This document shows positions 1 to 9,607 of a DNA stretch of 64,000 nt, one piece after another; position 1 is the stretch's first letter, and each line of letters starts with the position of its first letter. A program made the position numbers and the translations under genes. This DNA comes from Candidatus Firestonebacteria bacterium RIFOXYD2_FULL_39_29 (GTDB lineage: Bacteria; Oederibacteriota; D2-FULL-39-29): positions 9,651 through 73,650 of the forward strand of contig MFGV01000074.1 of the NCBI GenBank assembly GCA_001778375.1, in the 5' to 3' direction. The notes below the pieces were generated by a model. That model did no database searches. It was given only the letters and a program-made list of their open reading frames with translations, and was not told where the DNA came from.

Positions 1-1268
1 ATCTGGTGTATCTTATTCAGCAGGAACCTCCGGAGATTGTTTCTCTTATTATGACTTATTTAAGCCAGGAGGAGGCTGCAGAGGTTATGTCGGCGCTTCC
101 GCTGGAGCAGCAGGCTAAAGTTGCGCTTGCTATGGCGCAGGTAAAGCAGGCAACTGCGGAGAGTGTGATAAAAGCGGAGGAAGAAATAAAAAGAAAGATA
201 GACTTTCTGGTCGGCGGTGTTGAAAGATTTATCGGGATACTGGATCGCCTGGATAAGACAACCAGAGATGAGATTTTAGAGGCCCTGGAGAAAGAAAGTC
301 CCGCGCTTGCGGAAAAGATCAGGAAAGAAGTATTCGCCTTTGAAAATGTTGTTGACCTTGAGGATGCTGCGCTCCAGCTTGTCCTTAGAGAGATAAAAAC
401 AGATGTACTTGCCAAAGGTTTGACCAGTGCGCCTGTTGAAATAGTTGAAAAAGTAAAAAAGAACATATCTACCGGCGCTCAAACCCTGCTCCAGGAAGAA
501 ATGAACCTCGTGGGTTACTTGACCCCGATGCAAATAGAAGAAGAACGCGCAAAAATTGTCAATTCCATTAAAAAACTTGAAAAAGAAGGAAAGATCTCTC
601 TGGGTAAAGGCAAGAAAAGGCGTATGGATAAAATAGGCCGTATTGAAAAACTAGATGCAAGTTTAATAAAAAATGAAGAGGAACAGGCTGTTGCGGATGA
701 AGCTGCTGTGGGCGGAGAAAATACCCCTTCTAGAACTGATTTTAGCGAAAAGAAAGTAAGCATAAAAGATTATGAGGGTAAGAATACCGGAAAAGTGCTT
801 TCAATGGTCAATATCTTTAGACAGGTGGAAAATACCCCTGCAGAGAAGACGGAAGCAAAAGCAGGAGGGGAAGTAAAAGAAGAAAAAGAAGGATTGTTTG
901 TCTCGAAAAAGACGGCAGCAGGGGGCCAGAGGACGGAGGTCGGAGGGCAGAAACCTGCGGCGGCCGCGCCGGCACAGGGCGCTGCAAAAGCAACCGGGCC
1001 TGAAGATATGACCACGGTATATAATAGAGGCATAACCGCCTATAAAGAAAAAAGATTTGATGATGCTATTAAGGACTTCCAAAAATGTCTGGCTTTGAAT
1101 CCAAATCTCTGGCAGATTTATCAATATATCGGGAATTGTTTTTACGCGAAGAAAAATTTAGTAGAAACAGTGCGGGCGTATCAGAAATCTCTTAGTATTA
1201 ATCCGAATAACCCGCAGCTTTCCGCCTGGATGAAGGATTACAACGCGAGGAACAAGACGGCTTTATAG
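1..1268 (+). CDS. FliG-like protein (middle and C-terminal FliG domains) with a K/E/A/P-rich linker and C-terminal TPR repeats; 5'-truncated at the window edge
   Basis: The frame is open from the window start. The stretch IRKEVFAFENVVDLEDAALQLVLREIKTDVLAKGL...EEMNLVGYLTPMQIEEERAKIVNSIKKLEKEGKI matches the FliG C-domain consensus (FVFEDL...IQLVLREVD...LREDLE.LGPVR). The C-terminus carries TPR-like repeats (YNRGITAYKEKRFDDAIKDFQKCLALNPNLWQIY...). Confidence 0.6.
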   Translation, partial: LVYLIQQEPPEIVSLIMTYLSQEEAAEVMSALPLEQQAKVALAMAQVKQATAESVIKAEEEIKRKIDFLVGGVERFIGILDRLDKTTRDEILEALEKESPALAEKIRKEVFAFENVVDLEDAALQLVLREIKTDVLAKGLTSAPVEIVEKVKKNISTGAQTLLQEEMNLVGYLTPMQIEEERAKIVNSIKKLEKEGKISLGKGKKRRMDKIGRIEKLDASLIKNEEEQAVADEAAVGGENTPSRTDFSEKKVSIKDYEGKNTGKVLSMVNIFRQVENTPAEKTEAKAGGEVKEEKEGLFVSKKTAAGGQRTEVGGQKPAAAAPAQGAAKATGPEDMTTVYNRGITAYKEKRFDDAIKDFQKCLALNPNLWQIYQYIGNCFYAKKNLVETVRAYQKSLSINPNNPQLSAWMKDYNARNKTAL

Positions 1269-1420
1269 ATGCGCGGAAGCGCAGAGGCTCAGAGGCTCAG
1301 AGGCGTAGCAAGAATAGAACGGATGCTTGGATGCTCGGATGCTCGGATGCGCAGCAAGAACAAAAAGATGAGAGTTTTAAGGTTTAGGATTTAGTGCTTA
1401 GTTATTAGTGATTTGCTTTT

Positions 1421-4400
1421 ATGGAGGTTTTTGTGGTTGATGACATGGGCTTACCGCCTATGCCGGAAGGCGAAGAGAAGCAAAACGGCGGACCGGCTTT
1501 GCCGGATTTTCCTTCGGAAGGTGCAGATGCGTCCGGAATAGGATTTCCGTCTATGGATCCAAGTTTACCTGTTGAGACCCCTTCTATGGAAATACCTTCT
1601 GATTTGTCTAAAGTTTCCGGTTTTGCAGCTAAAACAGAAACCGATAATCCCTTTCTGGATAATTCCTTCTTTAAAGCACCTGTTTCCCTTCAAAGAGAAA
1701 AAGATCTTGCGGATAAACTTATAACGACACAGAGCAGTTTGCAGAAGAAAGAACTTGAAATAAATGAAGTAAAAGAAAAACTGCAGAGAGAGCTGGAAGA
1801 ATCAAGAATCAAATTTGACGCGCAAAAACAGGAGCTCAAGAAAGAGATTGATACTTACCGTCAGAAACTTGAAAAGGACAAAGAGCAGTGGAGTAAAGTT
1901 GTTACCGAAAAAGAAAATGAAGTAAGACGGATCAGAGATACTCTGAACAATAAAGATCAGCTGGTGAACGATAAAATAATCGAAGTAGAAACTGAGCTGA
2001 AAAGCAAAATGAGCAGAGAGCACTCCCGCCTGGCTGAAGAGAAAAAATCTCTTGAGAAAAAGAATACCGAGCTGGAAAGCCGGCTTAAAGAAATAGAAGG
2101 CGGCTGGAAGAAAAAAGAACAGGAAGTGCGGGACCTTCAAGAAAAGGCTTTGAACGAACTTAGAAATGCGGAGGAGAAGCTTCAGGAAGAACGGGAAAAA
2201 ACCTGGTTGAAGACTTTAAAGGCAAAAGAAGACGAGATAAATTCCATGAAAGTCGAAATTACTCTTCAGGAATCCAAAATCCGCGCAGTACTTGAAAAAA
2301 AACAGGACGAAGTCAGGGATATTGAGGAAAAAACAGGCAGAACAATAAAGGATAAAACGGAGAAAATTGGAAAAGAAAAAGAAAATATCCTTGAAGTGCT
2401 TGCGGCCCGGGAGAAAGAGATAAACACTCTTAAAGAGGCTTTTGCCGACAGGGAGAAATATCTGGCGGGGAAAGTTGAAGATGCGGAGATGGATGGCAAG
2501 CTTGCCCTTGCTAAGTTTGATCAGGAACTAAAAGAGAGGGAAAAAAACCTCTGGGTGGAGCGTGAAGAATGGATTACGGTACTAAAGGCCCAGTTTAAAG
2601 AAAAAGAACGGGAATTAAAAGAGCAGCTGGAAAAAGAAAGAATTTCCCTTGCCGGTGAAGAACAGGAATTGAAAGGGGCTTTTGAGAAAGAAAGAACAGG
2701 TTTGAAAGAGCAGCTGGAAAAAGAAAGGGTTATTCTTAAGGAAAAAGAGCTTGAACTGAAAGAAGCGTTTGAAAAAGAAAAAGCGGGGTTAAAAGAAAAA
2801 GAAAATTCTTTTGGCCATGAACGGGATAAACTTCTTGAGCTTTTAAATGCCAAGGACGGGGAAATTAAAGCAATTAGTAATGAACTTAAAACCGTGCTGG
2901 ATAATCGCGAGAAAGAATTCGAAGCGCTGCGAAAAGAAATAAGTATCGCTGCAAAAATTAAAGAAACGGAGCTTCTGGCGATCAGGCAGGAATACTCCAG
3001 TGTGACCGAAGGGCGCGACAAAGAAATTGAAGTGCTTAAGTCTGAAATTAGAAATGTTCTTTCGGCCAGGGATAGAGAAGTTGCCGCAACAAAAGCGGAA
3101 GCCAGAGCTCTGCTGGAAAAAAAGGAAATAGAAATTAAAGTATTTACTGAAGAAAAGGATAGAGAGATTAAAGAGGCGAAAGACGGACTTCTGGCTTTGG
3201 GTGAGCTTAAGGAAAAAGAAAAGGCCGGGCTTGTTAGGGATTTCCTGGATAAAGAGGCGGAATTAAGGCGGAAGGCCTATGAACTGGAAGCGCGTGCGCT
3301 GGATGCGGTTAAAAAGGTAAGTGATAACGATGAACTCTGGAAACAAAGGATAACTCTGAAAGAAGCGGAGTTGACGGCGCTAAAAAGCGAGCTATCAAGA
3401 CAGGAAGCAGCGTTTAACGAGGCGTTTCTGCAGAAAGGGCGCGAGTTGAAAGAATTTGAGGAAACCTTTCTTGCGGAAAAGGCCGCGCTTGCCGAAAAGC
3501 TTTCGCTGAAGGATTATGAGTTCTCTTCTGAAATAGCAAAAAAAGAACAGGTGCTTGCTTCGCTGGAAGAAAAAATAAAAGAGAGTGAAGGTGTCTGGCA
3601 GTCCCGTCTTGAACAACAGAAAAAACAGCTTTATGACAGACTGAGTGAAAAAGACGAAAGTGCTTTTAAACAAATGGAAGAGAACCGGCTTCTGATAATT
3701 AAATTGAAAACAGAAGAAGACGAGCTGCTCCGTAAAGAACAGGAATACCGGTTCTTTATATCTCAATATGAAGAAAAAGAGAAACAATATAAGAAACTTC
3801 TGGAGGAGCAGATCCTGAATCTTCGTAAACTTGAAGAAGACCGTGCGGCGGATTTTGGAAGAACCCAGGAGCGTCTTAAAAACCTGGAAAATACTATAAC
3901 GGAAAAGGACAATGAAAAGCGGCGTCTGGAAACTGAACTTAACATCAGAAACGGCGTTATTTTTGAAAAAGAAGAGAAGCTCCGTGAACTTGAACTTTTT
4001 ATGCGCCGGCTTGAACATGATAAACAGTTGCTTTCCGAGGACCTGGAAAGAAGCAGAGCAGAGGTAAACAGGGTGAAAGAAGGCACTTTGTATGAGTTAT
4101 CCGGACTTAAGGAAGATAATGAAAGACTGCAAAAAGCTCTGGCAGAGAAAAGTATTGCGATAGAAAGCTTAAGAAGTACCCTTTTCAAGTTAAATGAAGA
4201 AAGCGCAAACGTGGAAAGAGAGTATAATGTCGAAACTTCCGGTAAAGCAGCGCTTCTTTCTGAACTCGAAAGGGTAAAAGTAGAACTTAAGGTACTGAAA
4301 GAACAGGGCCAGAGCGGTAATCTTTCTTCTCAGATGAAAGACAAAGATACTATAATAATAAGTTTAAACGATACTATATCTAAAATAGAAAAAGAAAAAG

Positions 4401-5935
4401 CTGCTATCAAAGAGCTTATCCTGGAAAAGAGTAAAGCTGAGGAAACAAAAGATAAAGAACTGAAAGATCTTATGTATACGGTTTCAAATCTGACAGAAGA
4501 TAAGAATAAGTTTGAGTTTAAGACCAAAGAACTTGAATCAGATCGCGAAAATGCGCTTAATGAATTAAATATTGCGCAAAAAGAGCTGATCAGGCTTCAA
4601 ACAGAAGCTGATACTTTGAAACTTTCCTATGAGGAAAAGCTGGATAATGAACGTAATAATCTTGGATTGGAAATAGAAAGAGTGAAAAGAGAGACGGAAG
4701 AGTTTAGCAGTATTTCCTGTCTTCAATTTGATACGGAGAAAAACCGGCTGCTTCAGGAGATTGACAGCTTGAAAGCGGAGCTGATAACGACAGGTAATGT
4801 TCTTGATGCGGTTAAAAAAGAAAACCAGATGAAACTGGAAGAACAAAAAAGATGTTTGGAAGAGGAATTAAATAATAAAGTGAAAGCGCTGGCTGATGAG
4901 AAAGAGGAAATTATCCGCAATCTGACGGAAGAAATAAATAGAAATCTTGAGGAAAAAGAAACCTCTGCCGGAAATTATGAAGAACGCCTGATGCAGTTGA
5001 AAGAAGAGATAGACAGGAGGGATGTTGAACTTAACAGGATAAAGAGCGGAATAGATTCCAATCTGTCCAAGCTGGATGAGCAGAACAGGTATATTGAAGA
5101 GCTTAAGAATGAAGTTGCGGCTGCAGGTGACAATCTAAGATCAAAAGAGGAAGAGACAGCTGCGGTAAAAGAAATTATAAAGAATAAAGAAGTTGATAAT
5201 CAGAAACTTCAGGTGGAGCTCGGAGGACTTCTTACAAGGTCGGACGAACTTTCAAAGCTTGCAGGGGAAAAGGATAATCAGATTAACAATCTTACTCAGG
5301 ACTTCAATGGGAAGCTTGAGGCTTTGGCGGAAGTTTTGAAAGTTAAAGAAAGAGATCTTGAAACAGCAAAAGAAAAGGCTGTCGAGCTTGAGAATCGGAT
5401 AAAAAATGATTACGAGATGAAGGAAGAAGAACTAAAACTTGCTATAGGCCGGCTTCAGATGCAGCTGAAAGAGATTACAGGAAGACACGAAACGGAGCTT
5501 AAAGCTGAAAAACAAAAACTTCAGTCTATTCAGGCTGAATACGCTCTTCGCGAGGCCCAGTGGAGTTCACAAAAAGATAAGGAAAAAGAGACCAGAGGTC
5601 AGATGGCCGATATGGAAGCGTCTTACATGAAACTAAAAAAAGATTCTTCAGATAATACCGCTAAGTTTACCTCTGAACTGGAAAGTGCGCAGTTAAGTAT
5701 TTCTGCTTTTGAAGTCCGCATAAGGGAAAGCGAAGAAAAAATACAAAAGCTGGATAAAGAAAATGATGTTCTTGCCGATCAGCTTATGAAAGAGACGGAA
5801 GAAAAAGAAAAGTTGTTAAAAATACATATGGATATAGAGTCCCGGCTTAAAGTGCTCAGTGTTTCCCTGAAAGATCTTCGTAAAAGATTCAAATTTGTTT
5901 TATGGCTGTGGTACCCGAATGAACCGAGAAACTAA
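1421..5935 (+). CDS. Giant coiled-coil protein (1504 aa), with a Pro-rich acidic N-terminus followed by about 1400 aa of E/K/L heptad-like sequence
   Basis: A single uninterrupted ORF. Composition is dominated by E, K, L and R with a heptad-like periodicity throughout. No Walker motifs are seen, so it is not SMC-like. The antisense ORFs across this span are low-complexity artefacts. Confidence 0.6.
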   Translation: MEVFVVDDMGLPPMPEGEEKQNGGPALPDFPSEGADASGIGFPSMDPSLPVETPSMEIPSDLSKVSGFAAKTETDNPFLDNSFFKAPVSLQREKDLADKLITTQSSLQKKELEINEVKEKLQRELEESRIKFDAQKQELKKEIDTYRQKLEKDKEQWSKVVTEKENEVRRIRDTLNNKDQLVNDKIIEVETELKSKMSREHSRLAEEKKSLEKKNTELESRLKEIEGGWKKKEQEVRDLQEKALNELRNAEEKLQEEREKTWLKTLKAKEDEINSMKVEITLQESKIRAVLEKKQDEVRDIEEKTGRTIKDKTEKIGKEKENILEVLAAREKEINTLKEAFADREKYLAGKVEDAEMDGKLALAKFDQELKEREKNLWVEREEWITVLKAQFKEKERELKEQLEKERISLAGEEQELKGAFEKERTGLKEQLEKERVILKEKELELKEAFEKEKAGLKEKENSFGHERDKLLELLNAKDGEIKAISNELKTVLDNREKEFEALRKEISIAAKIKETELLAIRQEYSSVTEGRDKEIEVLKSEIRNVLSARDREVAATKAEARALLEKKEIEIKVFTEEKDREIKEAKDGLLALGELKEKEKAGLVRDFLDKEAELRRKAYELEARALDAVKKVSDNDELWKQRITLKEAELTALKSELSRQEAAFNEAFLQKGRELKEFEETFLAEKAALAEKLSLKDYEFSSEIAKKEQVLASLEEKIKESEGVWQSRLEQQKKQLYDRLSEKDESAFKQMEENRLLIIKLKTEEDELLRKEQEYRFFISQYEEKEKQYKKLLEEQILNLRKLEEDRAADFGRTQERLKNLENTITEKDNEKRRLETELNIRNGVIFEKEEKLRELELFMRRLEHDKQLLSEDLERSRAEVNRVKEGTLYELSGLKEDNERLQKALAEKSIAIESLRSTLFKLNEESANVEREYNVETSGKAALLSELERVKVELKVLKEQGQSGNLSSQMKDKDTIIISLNDTISKIEKEKAAIKELILEKSKAEETKDKELKDLMYTVSNLTEDKNKFEFKTKELESDRENALNELNIAQKELIRLQTEADTLKLSYEEKLDNERNNLGLEIERVKRETEEFSSISCLQFDTEKNRLLQEIDSLKAELITTGNVLDAVKKENQMKLEEQKRCLEEELNNKVKALADEKEEIIRNLTEEINRNLEEKETSAGNYEERLMQLKEEIDRRDVELNRIKSGIDSNLSKLDEQNRYIEELKNEVAAAGDNLRSKEEETAAVKEIIKNKEVDNQKLQVELGGLLTRSDELSKLAGEKDNQINNLTQDFNGKLEALAEVLKVKERDLETAKEKAVELENRIKNDYEMKEEELKLAIGRLQMQLKEITGRHETELKAEKQKLQSIQAEYALREAQWSSQKDKEKETRGQMADMEASYMKLKKDSSDNTAKFTSELESAQLSISAFEVRIRESEEKIQKLDKENDVLADQLMKETEEKEKLLKIHMDIESRLKVLSVSLKDLRKRFKFVLWLWYPNEPRN

Positions 5936-6120
5936 AACAAACTCGAAATTTTAAATTCGAAATTCGAAGAAAAAGCAAGCGTAAAAAAAAGAAAAAAAGT
6001 GCTTTAAATGTGAGTTTTTTGTTGCTCTTTTTTAAGGTTTAGAATTTTCCGCCTTTGGCGAGATCTCGCTTTCAGCGGACGAGTTTAGTACTTCGAATTT
6101 ATTTGTTTACCGGGGGGTTG

Positions 6121-6834
6121 ATGTCTAAAATTAATACAAATATCAAAGACAAGATTATAGTGGCTCTCGATTATTCTGATGAAAAGACTGCGTTAAGTAT
6201 TGCGGAGAAAGTTGCGCCTTATGTCGGAGTTTTTAAAGTTGGGTTTGAACTTTTCATTTCAGCAGGACCTTCCATCGTAAGTAAAATTCATTCTTTGGGC
6301 GGAAAAGTATTTTTGGATTTAAAATTTCATGATATTCCCAATACGGTGGCAAAAGCAGCGGCTTCCGCGGCAGATATGAATGTTTTTATACTTAATGTTC
6401 ATGCTTCCGGAGGGCTTGAGATGATGAAAAAAGCGGCGGAAGAAATTAAAAAATCAAAAAATCATCCTATACTTATTGCGGTAACAGTTCTAACCAGTAT
6501 GAATAGCGGGATTTTAAAAAACGAATTAAATATAGCGTCAACAGCCGCAGAACAGGTTGTGCGTCTTGCAAAACTGGCAAAAGAAGCGGGACTTTCGGGT
6601 GTTGTCGCCTCCGGAGAAGAAATAACATCGATAAAAAATGCTTGTGGTAAGGATTTCAAAGTGATTGTTCCGGGTGTCAGACCGGATTGGTCTGCTAAAA
6701 ATGACCAGAAACGCATAGTCACTCCGGAAGAAGCCATAGAAAGAGGCGCGGATTTCATAGTTGTAGGCCGACCCATTACCGGAGCAGAAAATGTTGTTGA
6801 AGCGGCAAAAAAAATACTCTCGGAAATATCCTGA
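6121..6834 (+). CDS. pyrF: Orotidine 5'-phosphate decarboxylase
   Basis: IIVALDYSDEKTALSIAEKVAPYVGVFKVGFELF...LDLKFHDIPNTV...VVGRPIT are canonical PyrF motifs. The start is taken at the internal ATG (MSKINTN) rather than the 6055 start in the ORF track. Confidence 0.85.
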   Translation: MSKINTNIKDKIIVALDYSDEKTALSIAEKVAPYVGVFKVGFELFISAGPSIVSKIHSLGGKVFLDLKFHDIPNTVAKAAASAADMNVFILNVHASGGLEMMKKAAEEIKKSKNHPILIAVTVLTSMNSGILKNELNIASTAAEQVVRLAKLAKEAGLSGVVASGEEITSIKNACGKDFKVIVPGVRPDWSAKNDQKRIVTPEEAIERGADFIVVGRPITGAENVVEAAKKILSEIS

Positions 6835-6946
6835 CTTTTGGTGGATATTCTTAGAAAACCCGCTGTAGTCTTTGCATTGTAAAAGTCATAAGAATGCATG
6901 ATATTCGTCAATCTTAATATGTGATTAAAATCACCAAATTGGAGCA

Positions 6947-6975
6947 TTGACAAAACCCTTCTTCTATAATATACT
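6947..6975 (+). promoter_or_regulatory. Sigma70-like promoter (TTGACA, 17-nt spacer, TATACT) upstream of the FecR-domain gene
   Basis: TTGACA lies at 6947-6952 and TATACT at 6970-6975. An AAGGAGG ribosome-binding site precedes the ATG at 7011. Confidence 0.45.
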
Positions 6976-7010
6976 TAATATAATAAACTATTAAATCAAG
7001 GAGGAACTTT

Positions 7011-8867
7011 ATGAGAAAAGTTTTAGTTCTGGTGTTAATGTTCTGTTTAACCACGGCTGCTTTTGCCGTTGAGCTTTCTACTGCTAAAATATCGGCGGTA
7101 ACAGGCGTTGCGGAAACTTCAAAGATAGATGAAAATAAAAAACAGGTATGGTCTCCTGTCAAGGTTGATCTGGTTCTGAACCAGGGGGATGAAATAAGGA
7201 CTAGAGAAGGGAAAGTTGAGCTTACGTTTGAGGACGGAAGTAAAATTAATCTAAAAGAAAATACATCGCTCTCTCTTAATAAGCTTAAAGATAAGGATCA
7301 GACCGGAGATACGATTGTAAAGCTTTGGATAGGCAAGATTAGATCAAAGTTTACGATTCAAAAAGATGATTCTACTTTTCAGGTTCAGACAAAAAATATA
7401 ATAGCGGCGGTAAAAGGTACGGATTTTAGTTTGGATGCCGACACTAACGGGTCAGATCTTGTTGTATTTGACGGTATTGTTTCAATGAAAGATCCGATTG
7501 GTAAAAAAGAAATATTTGTAAAAGCCGGAGAAAAGGCTTCTTTTGCGGGTGCTTTTGAAGGGAAACCGGAGGAAATGTCAAAGGAAGAAAAAGAAAAGCA
7601 GGATGAAGAGTGGAAGGATAAACCAAAGGAAGAAAAAAAAGAAGAGAAGAAAGCAGAAGAAAAAAAAGATGAGGAAAAGAAAGCAGAAGCTCCTGTAGTG
7701 CCGCCAAAAGAAGCGGCTAAAGCTCCCGAGAATGCGGGTGATGCTGGTTTTGGCGGAAGTTTTGGAGCTGTTTCCATTGATGGCAAGACTTATTATATGA
7801 TGAGTTTCCTTTATGAACTTACGCTTGGAAAATTTGGAGCGGGCTTTGATATCAGATTACTTTGGAATGATGATGGAGTAAAAGAGGATGATTGGAAAGA
7901 CTGGCAGAAGTCGGCTCAAAATATGTTTAAATACATCCGTTACGGCTTAAAGGGAGAACCTCTTTATGTTAAACTTGGAGTGCTTAACGATTCCACTCTT
8001 GGTCATGGATTCTTAGTCCGGAGATATTCAAATATCGGAATAGATCTGAATAAAAGGACTTTTGGATTGGAGTTAGACATTAAACAGGGCGCTATAGGTT
8101 TGGAAGGTCTGACAAATGATATTATGAAGAGAAGATTATATGCAGGACGTTTGTATTATGATATAATCCCTAATTTCCTTCAGGCAGGTGTTTCCGGAGT
8201 TTATGATATTAATCCGGCAGAGGATAAATATCAACTGGTCGGTACAGATAAAGTGGCTCTGCCTGAAGCCGGTCCGCTGGTAGAATATGGCGCGGATGTG
8301 GGAATATCTCTTATTAAAACACCTATATTAAGTGCCTTGATTTATGCGGATTATGGTATCTTTCGTGACGGCGGGGAAGGTTTTGCGGCTCCCGGCATTA
8401 TGGGGAAAATTGCAATTTTTGATTACCAGCTTGAATACAGGTCGCTTCAATCTAACTTCGTAGCGGGTCTTTTTGATTATGTTTATGAAGATAGTCGTCC
8501 TGCAGTGTTACCTTCTGCCGGAGGAGATCGTTTAAGGGGTGTCTTTGGACAGCTTGGTGCGAATCCAGTACCCTGGTTGAAAATAGTTGCAGCTTATGAG
8601 CAGTATGAAGGTTCATTACCTTATATTAGGGCAGAAGCTTCTTATAGAGGCAATTTCATTCCGAAGATTTCTGAAGTAGCAGTCGGTTATGAACAAAAAG
8701 ACATTGATATGGTTACCATAAAAAGTCCAAATACCGTGGCTTACGGAAGAGTTGGAATGGAAATGGCCCCGGGTGTTATCTTTCTTTTCACAGTACGGCA
8801 GACATATGATCCGCTGTTGGATCTTTTTAAGAGATCCACGATGATGGCAATGCAGATGAAATTCTAA
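7011..8867 (+). CDS. Secreted FecR-domain protein with a K/E-rich linker and a large C-terminal beta-rich domain (possible outer-membrane barrel; the C-terminal residue is F)
   Basis: It has a signal peptide (MRKVLVLVLMFCLTTAAFA). A FecR-like segment is present (VELTFEDGSKINLKENTSLSLNKL...AAVKGTDFSLDAD). There is an EEKKxEEKK low-complexity linker. The C-terminus ends ...AMQMKF. Confidence 0.5.
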   Translation: MRKVLVLVLMFCLTTAAFAVELSTAKISAVTGVAETSKIDENKKQVWSPVKVDLVLNQGDEIRTREGKVELTFEDGSKINLKENTSLSLNKLKDKDQTGDTIVKLWIGKIRSKFTIQKDDSTFQVQTKNIIAAVKGTDFSLDADTNGSDLVVFDGIVSMKDPIGKKEIFVKAGEKASFAGAFEGKPEEMSKEEKEKQDEEWKDKPKEEKKEEKKAEEKKDEEKKAEAPVVPPKEAAKAPENAGDAGFGGSFGAVSIDGKTYYMMSFLYELTLGKFGAGFDIRLLWNDDGVKEDDWKDWQKSAQNMFKYIRYGLKGEPLYVKLGVLNDSTLGHGFLVRRYSNIGIDLNKRTFGLELDIKQGAIGLEGLTNDIMKRRLYAGRLYYDIIPNFLQAGVSGVYDINPAEDKYQLVGTDKVALPEAGPLVEYGADVGISLIKTPILSALIYADYGIFRDGGEGFAAPGIMGKIAIFDYQLEYRSLQSNFVAGLFDYVYEDSRPAVLPSAGGDRLRGVFGQLGANPVPWLKIVAAYEQYEGSLPYIRAEASYRGNFIPKISEVAVGYEQKDIDMVTIKSPNTVAYGRVGMEMAPGVIFLFTVRQTYDPLLDLFKRSTMMAMQMKF

Positions 8868-8932
8868 AGATAGGTTCCTGGGTTCTAGGCTCTGGATGCT
8901 AGGAAAGCAATGCGAATTAAAAAGATTACTCA

Positions 8933-8967
8933 AACTCCGGGTTCGATTAGAATCCGGAGTTTGTTTG
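8933..8967 (+). terminator. Rho-independent terminator
   Basis: AACTCCGG-gttcgattagaa-TCCGGAGTT forms a hairpin and is followed by TTGTTTG. Confidence 0.5.
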
Positions 8968-9033
8968 ATAAATATAATACCATAAATAGTCACTAGTCAT
9001 TAGTCGTTAGTCATTTTTTTTTTTGGAGCTAGC

Positions 9034-9363
9034 ATGAAAAAGGCAGCCGATCTTCGGGGAAAAATATTTAATACTAAAGCTTTTGTTGAATATCAGAAAT
9101 CGGCAGTGGTAAGCCGTGAGTTAATAAACAAAAAAACGGGCACTGTAACAGTTTTTTCCTTTGATAAAGGAGAAGGCTTAAGTGAGCATACTGCTCCTTT
9201 TGATGCGCTTGTTTGTGTTCTGGACGGGAAAGTGTCGATAACTATTTCCGGTAAGTCATATGTTCTTATGCAAGGTGAATTTCTTGTGCTTCCCGCGGGT
9301 AAGCCCCATGCGCTAAAATCAATAACAAAATTTAAGATGATGCTTGTAATGATCAGGTCATAA
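9034..9363 (+). CDS. Cupin-domain protein
   Basis: A small two-motif cupin signature: GEGLSEHTAPFDALVCVLDGKVSITISGKSYVLMQGEFLVLPAGKPHAL. Confidence 0.55.
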   Translation: MKKAADLRGKIFNTKAFVEYQKSAVVSRELINKKTGTVTVFSFDKGEGLSEHTAPFDALVCVLDGKVSITISGKSYVLMQGEFLVLPAGKPHALKSITKFKMMLVMIRS

Positions 9364-9370
9364 GGATATT

Positions 9371-9607
9371 GTGAAACCAAATCTCGGAGCGTTCGATAGA
9401 AAAATCAGGCTGGGGGCAGGAATAATTTTAATTCTTATATCAATTCTACTGCCTTTTTTTGCTGCCGCAATACTTGGGGTATATGCTCTGCTTACAGGGC
9501 TTATGGGCTGGTGTCCTTTTAACGGCTTGTTTAGCATAAATACGATTCCTGCCATAAAAAATAACTCTGAAAATACCATTCTACCGGATTCAAACGAGCG
9601 GAAATAA
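9371..9607 (+). CDS. Small inner-membrane protein, DUF2892/YgaP-like
   Basis: GTG start. The protein has two TM helices and the ...GLMGWCPFNGLF motif typical of DUF2892. Confidence 0.45.
   Translation: MKPNLGAFDRKIRLGAGIILILISILLPFFAAAILGVYALLTGLMGWCPFNGLFSINTIPAIKNNSENTILPDSNERK

Noticed and set aside
1802-4846. Multiple antisense ORFs (for example 2521-3021, 3395-4018, 3763-4188) inside the coiled-coil gene
   Set aside because: Low-complexity F/L/S-rich artefacts of reading the complement of an E/K-rich gene.
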